A stretch of 64,000 bases of DNA from NCBI RefSeq assembly GCF_006345805.1, contig NC_043001.1, forward strand, positions 113,522,001 through 113,586,000. The letters run 5' to 3'. A program made the translations under genes and the position numbers. A model generated the notes under the pieces. The model had not been told where the DNA came from, did no database searches, and saw nothing but the letters and a program-made list of their open reading frames with translations. Each line of letters starts with the position of its first letter. Within the stretch, counting starts at the first letter, position 1. Shown one piece after another: positions 1-10,565 of this stretch. This stretch comes from Octopus sinensis. Taxonomy: Eukaryota.

Positions 1-300
1 TTTAAAGTAAGAAATGCATTCGAGCTAACGTAGTGAATATTTTAGAAATAGATGTTAAATGCTGTTTTCAACTGAAGATCGCTAATAATTTTTATCATGC
101 AAAGCGTGAAATCAATTGCTATTGAAATATGTATTACTTATCTTGTATTCCAATCAGAGGTAAGACTATTTTGAAATGTTCATTGCATAGCTTGTGTGTT
201 TCTTTATCGTAATTTTTAAGGTGGTTTTTAGAGCTATGGCATTGCATTTAGCAAGTGGTATTTATACCCTAATTTTCTTAAATTGCTATATATATATATC

Positions 301-712
301 TTTTATCTTTCTTTATCTTTTACTTGTTTCAGTCATTTGACTGCGGCCATGCGGAGCACCGCCTTTAGTCGAGCAAATCGACCCCGGACTTATTCTTTGT
401 AAGCCCAGTAAGCTATTATAATCGGTCTCTTTTGCCGAACCGCTAATGACCGAGACATAAACACACACCAGCATCGGTTGTCAAGCAATGCTAGGGGGAC
501 AGCACACGACACACAAACACACACATACATATATATATATATACATATATACGACAGGCTTCTTTCAGTTCCGTCTACCAAATCCACTCACAAGGCATTG
601 GTCGGCCCGGGGCTATAGCAGAAGACACTTGCCAAGATGCCACGCAGTGGGACTGAACCCGGAACCATGTGGTTGGTAAACAAGCTACTTACCACACAGC
701 CACTCCTGCGCC
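301..712 (-). mobile_element. SINE family A, full length (tRNA-like head, internal TA/TG microsatellite, AGTAAAAG-type tail)
   Basis: Reverse strand reads GGCGCAGGAGTGGCTGTGTGG (A-box-like), then GGTTCAGTCCC (B-box-like), a CCTTGGGCAAGT-like CORE motif and a repeated tail. More than 12 homologous copies lie in the window. Confidence 0.9.
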
Positions 713-718
713 ATATAT

Positions 719-752
<34 letters not shown>

Positions 753-862
753 ATGAAACAACGTACTCTGGAGGAATTTAAATGCAATGTAATCCAAGTG
801 TAGAGTAAGAAAGTCTATAAATTAGATAATCCAAATCAGTCGGAACAACGTAATGTGTCTAC

Positions 863-1045
863 ACACGTGCTATTGGTGATATTTTTCCTTCTCTAAACTT
901 TCCGATTGCTTTCTGACGAAGAGCTATTTTGTTGAAACAACAAAACTCTCTCCTTTTACGGAGCTTCACACAAATACATTCCAACTGCATGTCCTCTTTG
1001 TTGCTTGTTATAGTTATTTTTTATGCTCGATTATTTGATTTGATT
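863..1045 (+). mobile_element. Short PLE-terminal-repeat-like element with decayed hammerhead motif
   Basis: CTGACGAAGAGCTATTTTGTTGAAAC at 913-938; homologous to 1826-2000 in inverted orientation; abuts a (TA)n tract. Confidence 0.65.
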
Positions 1046-1051
1046 TTATAC

Positions 1052-1087
<36 letters not shown>

Positions 1088-1088
1088 G

Positions 1089-1123
<35 letters not shown>

Positions 1124-1793
1124 CATATATATATGTATATATATATATATACAAATATATATATACATACATATAGATATAATATATATGCATATATATA
1201 TACATATATATATGTATATGTATGTATATAATATATTCAATTCAATCTATTTATCTATATATATATACATATATTATATATATATACATATATATATACA
1301 TATATATATATGTATATGTATGTATATATATATATATTCATTTCAATCTATTTATCTATTCATACATATATATATGTATATGTATATATATATATTCATT
1401 TCAATCTATTTATCTATTCATACATATATATATGTATATATATATATGTATGTATATATAGGTATTCATTTCAATCTATTTATCTATTGATACATATATA
1501 CGTATGTACATGTCTATATATGTATATATATGAAAGTACATGTATATACCTATATATATACTACAGGTATACGTTTACATACAAACGTATATATATATAT
1601 ATTTATGCACATATATATATTTATATGAATAAATATATAGATTAAAATGAATACCTATATATATAGAAACATATACACATACATGTATATATACACATAT
1701 ATATATTATATATATAAGTATGTATATATGTATATATATATATATATATATATACATATATATATGTATATACATATATATATATGTATATAC

Positions 1794-1825
<32 letters not shown>
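1046..1825. repeat. Complex (TA)n/(TATG)n tract with an embedded ~55-65 bp minisatellite
   Basis: Unit ATTCA(T/A)TTCAATCTATTTATCTAT recurs near 1235, 1337, 1393 and 1463, with an inverted copy near 1628. Confidence 0.9.
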
Positions 1826-1828
<3 letters not shown>

Positions 1829-2000
1829 AATCAGATAATCGATCATTAAAAGTACCAATAACAAGCAAAAAGAGGACGGGTAGATGGGCTTTATTAGTTT
1901 GAACGAGAGAGCTTTTGACGTTTCGAGTATAGATCTTCGTCAGAAAAGTAATCGGAAAGGTTCAGTAAAGGAGAAATATCACCAACAGCACGTGTGTAAG
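1826..2000 (-). mobile_element. Short PLE-terminal-repeat-like element carrying a hammerhead motif
   Basis: Homologous to 863-1045 in opposite orientation; HHR motif at 1912-1948. Confidence 0.7.
1912..1948 (-). ncRNA. Minimal type I hammerhead ribozyme motif
   Basis: Minus strand CUUUU-CUGACGA-AGAUCUAUACUC-GAA-ACGU-C-AAAAG: helix I CUUUU/AAAAG is perfect, helix III is the palindrome ACGU, cleavage triplet GUC, and helix II has one mismatch. Confidence 0.7.
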
Positions 2001-2257
2001 CTTTAATATATTTTATTTTATTTTATTTTTATTTTATTTTTTTAATTTTATCTAGTTTCAGCTCACGAGCTGCGGCCATGCTGGGGGCACCGCCATTTAC
2101 ATATATATATATACATTCATATATAATGCAAATCTATGCCGGGGGACAAACTCAAGTACAGAATGCAGCAATAGTTCAAGGGACATTTACGGTTAATGTT
2201 ATTAAGCTGACTTCAAAGAACGGAAACAGTTATAGCGTATAAGTTATAAGTCGAGAG

Positions 2258-2298
2258 TATAACGTTTCGGGCATAGGTCATACGTCTATCGCCAGGAA
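2258..2298 (-). ncRNA. Decayed hammerhead-like motif in a TA-flanked element (~2110-2420)
   Basis: Minus strand CTGGCGA...CCTATGCCC-GAAACGTT; core A6 is changed to G and helix II is partly broken. Confidence 0.35.
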
Positions 2299-2640
2299 GG
2301 CGCAGTGAATAAAAAGACGAAAATTGTTAAGAAAACAGAATAAAAATTACACGAGTTTATTTTAAAGATTTGACATCTGATTTCCCGGATGTTTGAGAAG
2401 CAATCTGATTTTCTTGGCAATGTATATATATATATAGAGAGAGAGAGGGAGAAAGAAAGAAACAGAGGAGAGAGATGCACATACACGCACATTCGAGAAT
2501 ACGACACACACGGAAATATATATATGTATATGCACATGTATATGCATCCAGAAACATATCTAATACATTTATATGCATACAAATACACGCACACACAGGC
2601 GCGCGCGCGCACGCACACACACACACATATATATACTCTC

Positions 2641-2847
2641 TCTCTTTTACTTGTTTCAGTCATTTGACTGCGGCCATGCTGGAGCACCGCCTTTAGTCGA
2701 GCAAATCGACCCCGGGACTTATTCTTTGTAAGCCCAGTACTTATTCTATCGGTCTCTTTTGCCGAACGGCTAAGTGACGGGGACGTAAACACACCAGCAT
2801 CGGTTGTCAAGCTATGCTAGGGGACAAACACAGACACACAAACACAT

Positions 2848-2884
<37 letters not shown>

Positions 2885-3054
2885 CATATATACGACAGGC
2901 TTCTTTCAGTTTCCGTCTACCAAATCCACTCACAAGGCATTGGTCGGTTCGGGGCTATAGCACAAAACACTTGCCCAAGATGCCATGCAGTGGGACTGAA
3001 CCCGGAACCATGTGGTTGGTTAGCAAGCTACTTACCACACAGCCACTCACATGC
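2641..3054 (-). mobile_element. SINE family A, full length
   Basis: Near-identical to 301-712. Confidence 0.9.
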
Positions 3055-4645
3055 ATACACCCACTTCTATAATAATTCTATAAGTCGTCAATATCTGGTA
3101 ATATATCGTCGAATCTCTACTAGTAACTCTTCTAATCATCATAAGTTAATTTTACGTACAATTTTCAATCAGAAATCATTGAAAATTATATACATACGCA
3201 TACACGCTCACCTACGCGCACGCGCATGTATATATAAGTGAGCGCGCACAGATATACAGTATTTTAAAAGTCTCTCAGCATTTCTCTATCTTCGTTCATA
3301 AACTTCCATGTTTATTTTTTTTATTACACTAGAATGCAAACAGAGAATAACAATAGAGTAAGTGTTTTATTACGACTGATATATTTGTATATTTATTTCA
3401 GATTAATGATATTAAAACATAACAATTGAACAAAATGTCAATCATATAAATAAATATTATGAAAAATATAGAAGACAAAAAAAAAATAATGTTAAGCTAG
3501 AAAATTCTATTCTTCAATTATGTTATATAGTACGATTTTAGATTACATTGCTTAAGATAATATCGTATTATATTATCCCATTTACTTTATTATCTACTCT
3601 CGTATATTATATTTCATTGTTTCACTTACGAAAAGCGATCTATTGGAACAAATACTTCATTATCGGAGAAACTATATCTTAACTCTCACCTTCGTTATTA
3701 CAATAACGGTGCTTAGTCTCCAATCAACTTTTGCCCGGTAGCCATATGATCAAGATCTGGCTGTGACATGCTTGTTCTTTTCATAGCTACAGTTCACGCT
3801 CTAAAAAAAAAAAAACACACACACAGAGCCAAATTTGGTTGTAATTTCTGGTAGTTATGAGACCCTTATGAGTGCTTTTGTTCTGAGTTCAAATGCTATC
3901 CTAGTCGATTTCATCTTTAACTTATCAGTGAGGTATAAAGACAGTACTGAGGATTGATTTATTTGACTACCTTGCAGCCTGTCATATTGCGACCATTGTT
4001 AATTACTTCTTTTTGCATAAATACGGTGTGACAGTCTAAACGCATCGTGTTCGTTCATTTGCCGCAAAGTTCCCATGATGTGTGATTAATGCAAATTAAA
4101 GGACCTATTTACTGGGTACAAATGTCCCATGGTTTGGGAATAATTTAAATTAACGGACTTTCAGCCTTATTTTCCATGGTTTTCAATGAATAAATTCTCC
4201 ATAGTTTGAGAAGTCGAATTTAGGACCAGGGAACTTAATACTTCATTGTCTCGAACTAAGAGTCGTCAGAGCATTGGATAGAATACCTTGCGACATTTCT
4301 TATAATTCTCTCCATTCTGATTTCAAATCTCACCAAAGTCATCTTCATCTAAAATTCTTGGTCGATTAAAAAAGGGGGCATGGGTTGGTGGAAACGTAAG
4401 AACGACGGACATCTTGCGATATTTGCTCTGGTGCTTTTCTTTCTCACTTCAGATACAGACATAACCTACATACTAGAGAGGTAGACTGAACCCATCGCCC
4501 CTTTTCAACCTCATCACTCAGCACCTTGGTGCCTCTACTGGAGTGCTCTTCACCAAAGGCACGCACCCAAGATCGGTTGCACTGACCACTTTAGTTGTAA
4601 TGATGCAAGAAATCTAGCCAAGTCTCCAGTTTCAGGATGCATTCT

Positions 4646-4792
4646 TCTCGGATGCTCTGTAAAGGTTATGGGTACTGCCTTACTGCCCTAACTAAAGAAA
4701 TTCTAAAATTGTGAATCTATGATGTGTTTGTAACCCCAGTTAGCCAGGAGCGCTGCAATCCCCAGAACGCAATTATTGAAACGGTATTATCA
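4646..4792 (+). repeat. 147-bp direct repeat, left flank of SINE A
   Basis: Matches 5229-5375 with 5 substitutions and no indels. Confidence 0.95.
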
Positions 4793-4970
4793 GCAGGAGT
4801 GGCTGTATGGTAAGTAGCTTGCTAACCAACCACATGGTTCCGGGTTCAGTCGCACTGCGTGGCATCTTGGGCAAGTGTCTTCTGCTATAGCCCCGGGCCG
4901 ACCAATGCCTTGTGAGTGGATTTGGTAGATGGAAACTGAAAGAAGCCTGTCGTATATATGTGTATATATA

Positions 4971-5024
<54 letters not shown>

Positions 5025-5228
5025 TTGTCCCCCTAGCATTGCATGACAACCGATGCTGGTGTGTTTACGTCCCCGTCACTTAGCGGTTCGGCAAAAAAGA
5101 CCGATAGAATAAGTACTGGGCTTACAAAGAATAAGTCCCGGGGTCGATTTGCTCGATTAAAGGCGGTGCTCCAGCATGGCCGCAGTCAAATGACCGAAAC
5201 AAGTAAAAGAGTAAAAGAGTAAAGAGAG
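4793..5228 (+). mobile_element. SINE family A, full length
   Basis: Runs from GCAGGAGTGGCTGTATGG to AGTAAAAGAGTAAAAGAGTAAAGAG. Confidence 0.92.
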
Positions 5229-5375
5229 TCTCCGATGCTCTGTAAAGGTTATGGGTACTGCCTTACTGCCCTAACTAAAGAAATTCTAAACTTGTGAATC
5301 TATGATGTGCTTGTAACCCCAGCTAGCCAGGAGCGCTGCAATCCCCAGAACGCAATTATTGAAACAGTATTATCA
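5229..5375 (+). repeat. 147-bp direct repeat, right flank of SINE A
   Basis: Matches 4646-4792. Confidence 0.95.
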
Positions 5376-5919
5376 TATGTAGGGAAAATCTATATAATGA
5401 CTGGAGTTGCGTAAATAACAGGAAATCGTTCAATTTTGAGAAAGGGCAAACTATTATTATTATTAAAACATCATAACAGCTATCTCCAAAAGTACCTATG
5501 ATGTGCGATGGCGAGCTATGTTGCCTGACCAACTAAATTTATCAAACGACCAACCAGTGAAGCTGAGCGAGACATACATCAAATAATCAGTGAATTCAAA
5601 ACACAACTGGCTACAAATAGAAGCTCATCCGACATCCAAAGACATGATCAAAGTATTGCCAGTCAGACAACCTTGTATCGATATCTCGACCAGTATGTAG
5701 TCATCCATATCTTCCTCATCAACAGTATAGCTGTCTATTGATAATGGCCGCCACCACTTCCAAGAGTTCTACACATGACCGCGGCGATAACCACAACCAC
5801 GAGCTCAATCACTATGCTCACCATTATTATCACATCGATATCATCTACGTCAGAACTTTCACTATCAACGAACGGGAGAACAAATATCGTTACTAGAAAC
5901 GTAATCCTCACGCCCCCAC

Positions 5920-6156
5920 TATCCTCCTCCTCCTCCTCCTCCACATCATCATCATCATCATCATCATCATCTCCATCATCGTCATCATCACCATTAGCAG
6001 CAGCAGTATCATCATCAGCATCATAATCATCATCATCATCATCATCCTCATCATCCTCATCATCGTCATCATCACCATTAGCAGCAACAGTATCATCATC
6101 ATCAACATCATCATCATCCTCATCATCATCATCATCATCATCATCATCAACATCAT

Positions 6157-6187
<31 letters not shown>

Positions 6188-6379
6188 ACCACCACCACCA
6201 CCAACGCCACCACAAGAAGAAGAACAACCATAAATAAATAACAATACCAATATCTCTATCATTAATGCTAACGCCCTTATCACCCTAACACCGACTCTAC
6301 CAGCACTGCTAAACACTATCCCTACAACAGCCATCAGAATCATCATCATCACCATTACAACAATCTCCACTACCACTAC

Positions 6380-6414
<35 letters not shown>

Positions 6415-6615
6415 CCATTACTACCATCATTACTATCACTATTATCACTACCACCGTCCACATTGTCAACGCCGTTGTCGTCATCATCGTCATCGTCATC
6501 ATCATCATCATCATCATCATCGTCATCATCATCGTCATCATCATCATCATCATCATCGTCATTATCATCATCATCAGCATCGTAGTCGTCGTCGTCGTCG
6601 TTGTCGTCGTCGTCG

Positions 6616-6651
<36 letters not shown>

Positions 6652-6720
6652 CCACCATCATCATCAGTAGCAGCAGCAGCAGCAGCAGCAGCATTAGCAG
6701 TAGATGCAACAGAGGCAGAA
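5920..6720. repeat. Complex (ATC)n/(GTC)n/(AGC)n trinucleotide tract
   Basis: Visible directly; source of the poly-D, poly-M and poly-S ORF artefacts. Confidence 0.95.
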
Positions 6721-6974
6721 ACAGCAATAGCAGTAACAACAACACTAAAGACACACTGGATAATGTTAACCGTTGGTTCTCCGAACATAGGTAGGAGATG
6801 GTATGGTCACGGTTGGAATCTTTTTGATCAGAGGTTTGCTGGATTAAGGCTAACATGGTTTACACAACCGCAACCACCACCGAAACAATACGGTATTTAT
6901 TGACAAGATAATCACTAATTTGTCAACAACCCAGTCTATCTAGCTGTAAAGAATGCATCGCTCTAAATAGGACG

Positions 6975-7239
6975 AGCGTCATCATAATCATCGTCATCAT
7001 CACTGTCGTTGTCATCGTCAGCAGCATCATCATGATCACTATCGTTGTCATCATCTTCATCATCATCATCATTATCATCATCTTCGTCGTCGTCGTCGTC
7101 ATTGTCGTCATCATCATCATCATCATCATCGATGTAATCATTGACATCATCACTATCATTGGCGTTGTCTGCATCATCATCATCGTCAACATCATCAGTA
7201 TCGTCATCATCATCATCATCGTCATCGTCGTCATTGTCG

Positions 7240-7271
<32 letters not shown>

Positions 7272-7343
7272 GATGTAATCATCGACATCATCACTATCGT
7301 TGGCGTTGTCTGCACATCATCATCGTCAACATCATCAGTATCG

Positions 7344-7385
<42 letters not shown>

Positions 7386-7410
7386 CTATCGTTGTCATAA
7401 TCATCATCAG
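6975..7410. repeat. Complex (ATC)n tract with an internal ~140-bp duplication
   Basis: CATCGATGTAATCA(T/C)...GGCGTTGTCTGCA occurs at ~7126 and ~7267. Confidence 0.9.
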
Positions 7411-7671
7411 CGAGGGAAGTAGAGGGCAATACAGGAACTTAAGACATTTCAATTGATATATCGATCTGTTCTTGCTGAAGACGTTGAGATTCGATCGATC
7501 GTAATCGGGATTACACGCACTGCTTGCTTTCTTTAATTTATGATATCGGTGTGACGAGAGAATGTCTCCACTGAACAACAGAGTAATTGGAAATAGTTGG
7601 TTTGCTAACATTCATACTTTACATACGTACATACATACATATTAAATATATAAATATATATATATATATAG

Positions 7672-8151
7672 CGCTCTTTTCGTTTCAGCAGTCGCAGAAG
7701 CAACACGTATTTGTTCGTCTCCCCGCGGCCATTAGGCACAACTTCACAAGCCAGCCCCATACTCAACTCGTCCTGTCGAAAGACCCTTGTCCTACGTCCT
7801 GGTTTTGTTTTGTTGTTTATTTTTTATTTTTACCGTTATTGTTTTTACGTTTTTGTATTCTTATTGGTGTCACGTATTCTGTATTTTTGTTCGTGTACTT
7901 CGTTCGTTTCCGTCCTCGTGTTGTATACATTCGAAGCTTTCTTCCAGGGGATCTAATGCGCTTGGCTTAGATTTCCCTTGGCGGGCTGGCCATATCGGAG
8001 CAATCTCAAGATTAATCAGCCGAAATTGCTAAGATGATCTGGTTCTTGACTGATGACTGAGGGCTTCGAATGTCCCGTCCTGTGGTTTCTTGTGTCGTCT
8101 CTGTGGTGTTTCATGTTCTTGTCCATGTCTGTAATTATTATTTACTGTTTA

Positions 8152-8154
<3 letters not shown>
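7672..8154. mobile_element. Unclassified element bounded by (TA)n on both sides
   Basis: Unique-looking ~480 bp between TA arrays (7640-7671 and 8155-8213); inverted motif ACATTCGAAGC/GCTTCGAATGT and a CTGATGA motif. Confidence 0.4.
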
Positions 8155-8216
<62 letters not shown>

Positions 8217-8294
8217 CATATTACATACAGATTAAGAGGAATGACCACCAAAAGTGGATTCCTGGTATAATAAAGATAGACGTCAAAGATAGAC

Positions 8295-8585
8295 TGAGCA
8301 CTCCCAGACACGTGTACCCTTAACGTAGTTCTCGGGGATATTCAGCGTGGACCAGAGAGTGACAAGGCCGCCCTTTGAAATACATGTACAACAGAAACAG
8401 GAAGTAAGAGTGAGAGAAAGTTGTGGTGAAAGAGTACAGCAGGGATCACCACCATCCCCTGCCGGAGCCTCGTGGAGCTTTAGGTGTTTTCGCTCAATAA
8501 ACACTCACAACGCCCGGTCTGGGAATCGAAACCGCGATCCTATGACAGCGAGTTCGCTGCCCTAACCACTGGCCATTGCGCCTCC
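8295..8585 (-). mobile_element. SINE family B (tail type 1), 3'-truncated
   Basis: Reverse complement of the 43654-44036 head and body. Confidence 0.9.
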
Positions 8586-9077
8586 AGACGTCAAATAGCC
8601 TTACCACGAAGAGTGTTCTCAAGAAAATTTAAGCAAACGCCAGAATGTAAAAATGTGCCAGACAAATGAAAAGATACGAAATAATTTTTAATCTTCGGAT
8701 TTTTAAATATGCTAAGCCACTGGTTTTAATTGATTAATATCAATTTCTACCCTCTTTATTCAATTTTAAAATAACAATGTTCTCCAACTGGTAGATTAGC
8801 TGCAGAAATATATTAACTGCAGGGTTATTTCCAGCCTCAGAGTGCCAAAATGAAGACATTTGAAAGATACCCCCAAATATAATTTACAGAATGTTTTACA
8901 TGCACTCTTTCGGGTGGGTGTACTGTGTCTACTTCTGGAAATAGTGTTTTGTAAGCGACAGACTATGCTGATGAGTTTGCAAATATTTACATTCATAAAT
9001 ATTAACTAAAGAAACCATTGGTGCGTAGGTGATCGTTTATTCCGTATATTAATATTTGACATGCTCCTTTTATATAC

Positions 9078-9113
<36 letters not shown>

Positions 9114-9222
9114 AAAAATAAGTTGGCTAGCAGCAAGCTGTTTCGCCTCATACCGAAGGAATTAGAAATGGCAGTCAAAGACCGTTTTTTCCATTTCTAT
9201 AAGTGGAGATTCCAAAAACATA

Positions 9223-10240
9223 TCTTTATACATATAAAACTGAGAATGTGTGTCTGTCTGTCTGTGTGTTTCCCTAAAACCTGAGAACTACACAACCAAT
9301 TTCATTCAAATTTTACACATGCCTTACTTAGGGTCCATGTAGTTTCATGGGCAAAAACAATGTTCAAATTTTTGCCTAGGGCGAGCCCATAGCAATATCA
9401 TATCTTCTCCACTATTTCAGTATTACGTGTTAAAAGTGAAACAAAAACGTTTCTCTATTTTATGTCAGATACTTTCACTTTAACAATAAAAATAATAATA
9501 ACAATTGAATTATATGTGGTAAGTAATAATTAAAATCAAACTAAAGTATAATATAATCGTAACATAACAAAAGTAAAAATAGGAATTGGTATAAAATTGC
9601 ATCAATGACTTGAACTTGAATAAGTGGTTTCACATGAATGGGAATAAATTAAAAATAAAATTTGCGTGCAGAAATGGAATAGTCCAGATGGATAATAAAA
9701 AATTAAATTAAAGAAAAGACTATTGTCTATAAAGTATGCAATGTAGAAGATTTGAACACATGGAGGAAAGCACCTTCGAAAAGTGTCTTGGTGCGCGACT
9801 ATGAAAGGTTATAAAATCAGAGGCAGTAAATTCGCCACAATAGAAGCAAGGTTCGAGTCAACGGAGCGTGCAAGGGAGTACTCGACTCGAACCTTGCAAA
9901 GTGGAAGAATATTTTTTTTACCTTTATATCTGGGACGTAGAGTCCCGGAAAAAAATTTAAATGCCCCCCCCCCCGAAGTAGAGGTAGGCTGGATTGTAGC
10001 CACACTTCTATACAAGAGGAGGACAAGATACAATGATCGAAATTACAAGAGACGGGCTAACAATTCCAGTCTGTTATATATTTTAGTAATGTTATCACTA
10101 GCCTATCAAGATATAACTTGTATTTTGTATTCTATGTATAGATTTATATATAGAGATGTACATGTAATATGTACACATATATATACACATGTATACATGC
10201 ACTAGCACTATGGCCCGGCAACGACGGGTCTTTAATGCTA

Positions 10241-10241
<1 letters not shown>
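9223..10241 (+). mobile_element. Non-autonomous Helitron
   Basis: 5' TC start (TCTTTATACATATAAAAC); 3' hairpin GCCCGGCAACGACGGGTC followed by CTAG|T; a second copy follows at 10560-12518. Confidence 0.85.
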
Positions 10242-10292
<51 letters not shown>

Positions 10293-10505
10293 AAAGTTAA
10301 TCCAAACATGAAAACACAATGAAAAAAACACACAACGTGAGGACGTGGAACAAATATTGTATTATTGGACGCTCAGGAAGGAAGGGAGAAGGAGGATCTT
10401 ACGTTTCGAGCAGTGCTCTTCGTCAGAAACATAGGAAAAGGAAAGATCCAGAGAAGGGAAGACGGAGGAAAAAAAAATCGACAACGGTACACACGTGATC
10501 ACATT

Positions 10506-10508
<3 letters not shown>
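10293..10508 (-). mobile_element. ~215-bp HHR-bearing element embedded in (TA)n
   Basis: Bounded by TA arrays on both sides; contains the HHR at 10396-10430. Confidence 0.65.
10396..10430 (-). ncRNA. Minimal type I hammerhead ribozyme motif, near intact
   Basis: Minus strand GUUU-CUGACGA-A-GAGC-ACU-GCUC-GAA-ACGU-A-AGAU: helix II GAGC/GCUC is perfect, helix III is the palindrome ACGU, cleavage triplet GUA; helix I is short with wobble pairs. Confidence 0.7.

Positions 10509-10559
<51 letters not shown>

Positions 10560-10565
<6 letters not shown>

Noticed and set aside
1014-1902. Numerous YI/IY, CV/VC, HT and IYLS ORFs here and across the window
   Set aside because: Di- and tetranucleotide repeat translations.
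2286-3241. Recurrent ORFs such as MTTDAGVFTSP.. and RLPNPLTRHW..
   Set aside because: Frames through SINE A copies; they recur because the repeat recurs.
5735-7429. Long ORFs (373 aa, 168 aa and others) rich in D, M, S or I
   Set aside because: Translations of (ATC)n-type repeats that are open in several frames; no domain signature.
7474-7505. Further CTGAAGA/CTGATGA motifs (7475, ~8049, ~9140, ~17160, ~47841)
   Set aside because: Too degenerate; they lack GAAA or NUH or paired helices, so they are not called as ribozymes.
9783-10205. 140-aa ORF duplicated at 12058-12363 as a possible gene pair
   Set aside because: Internal to non-autonomous Helitrons; the frames are not conserved between copies and there are no Rep or helicase motifs.
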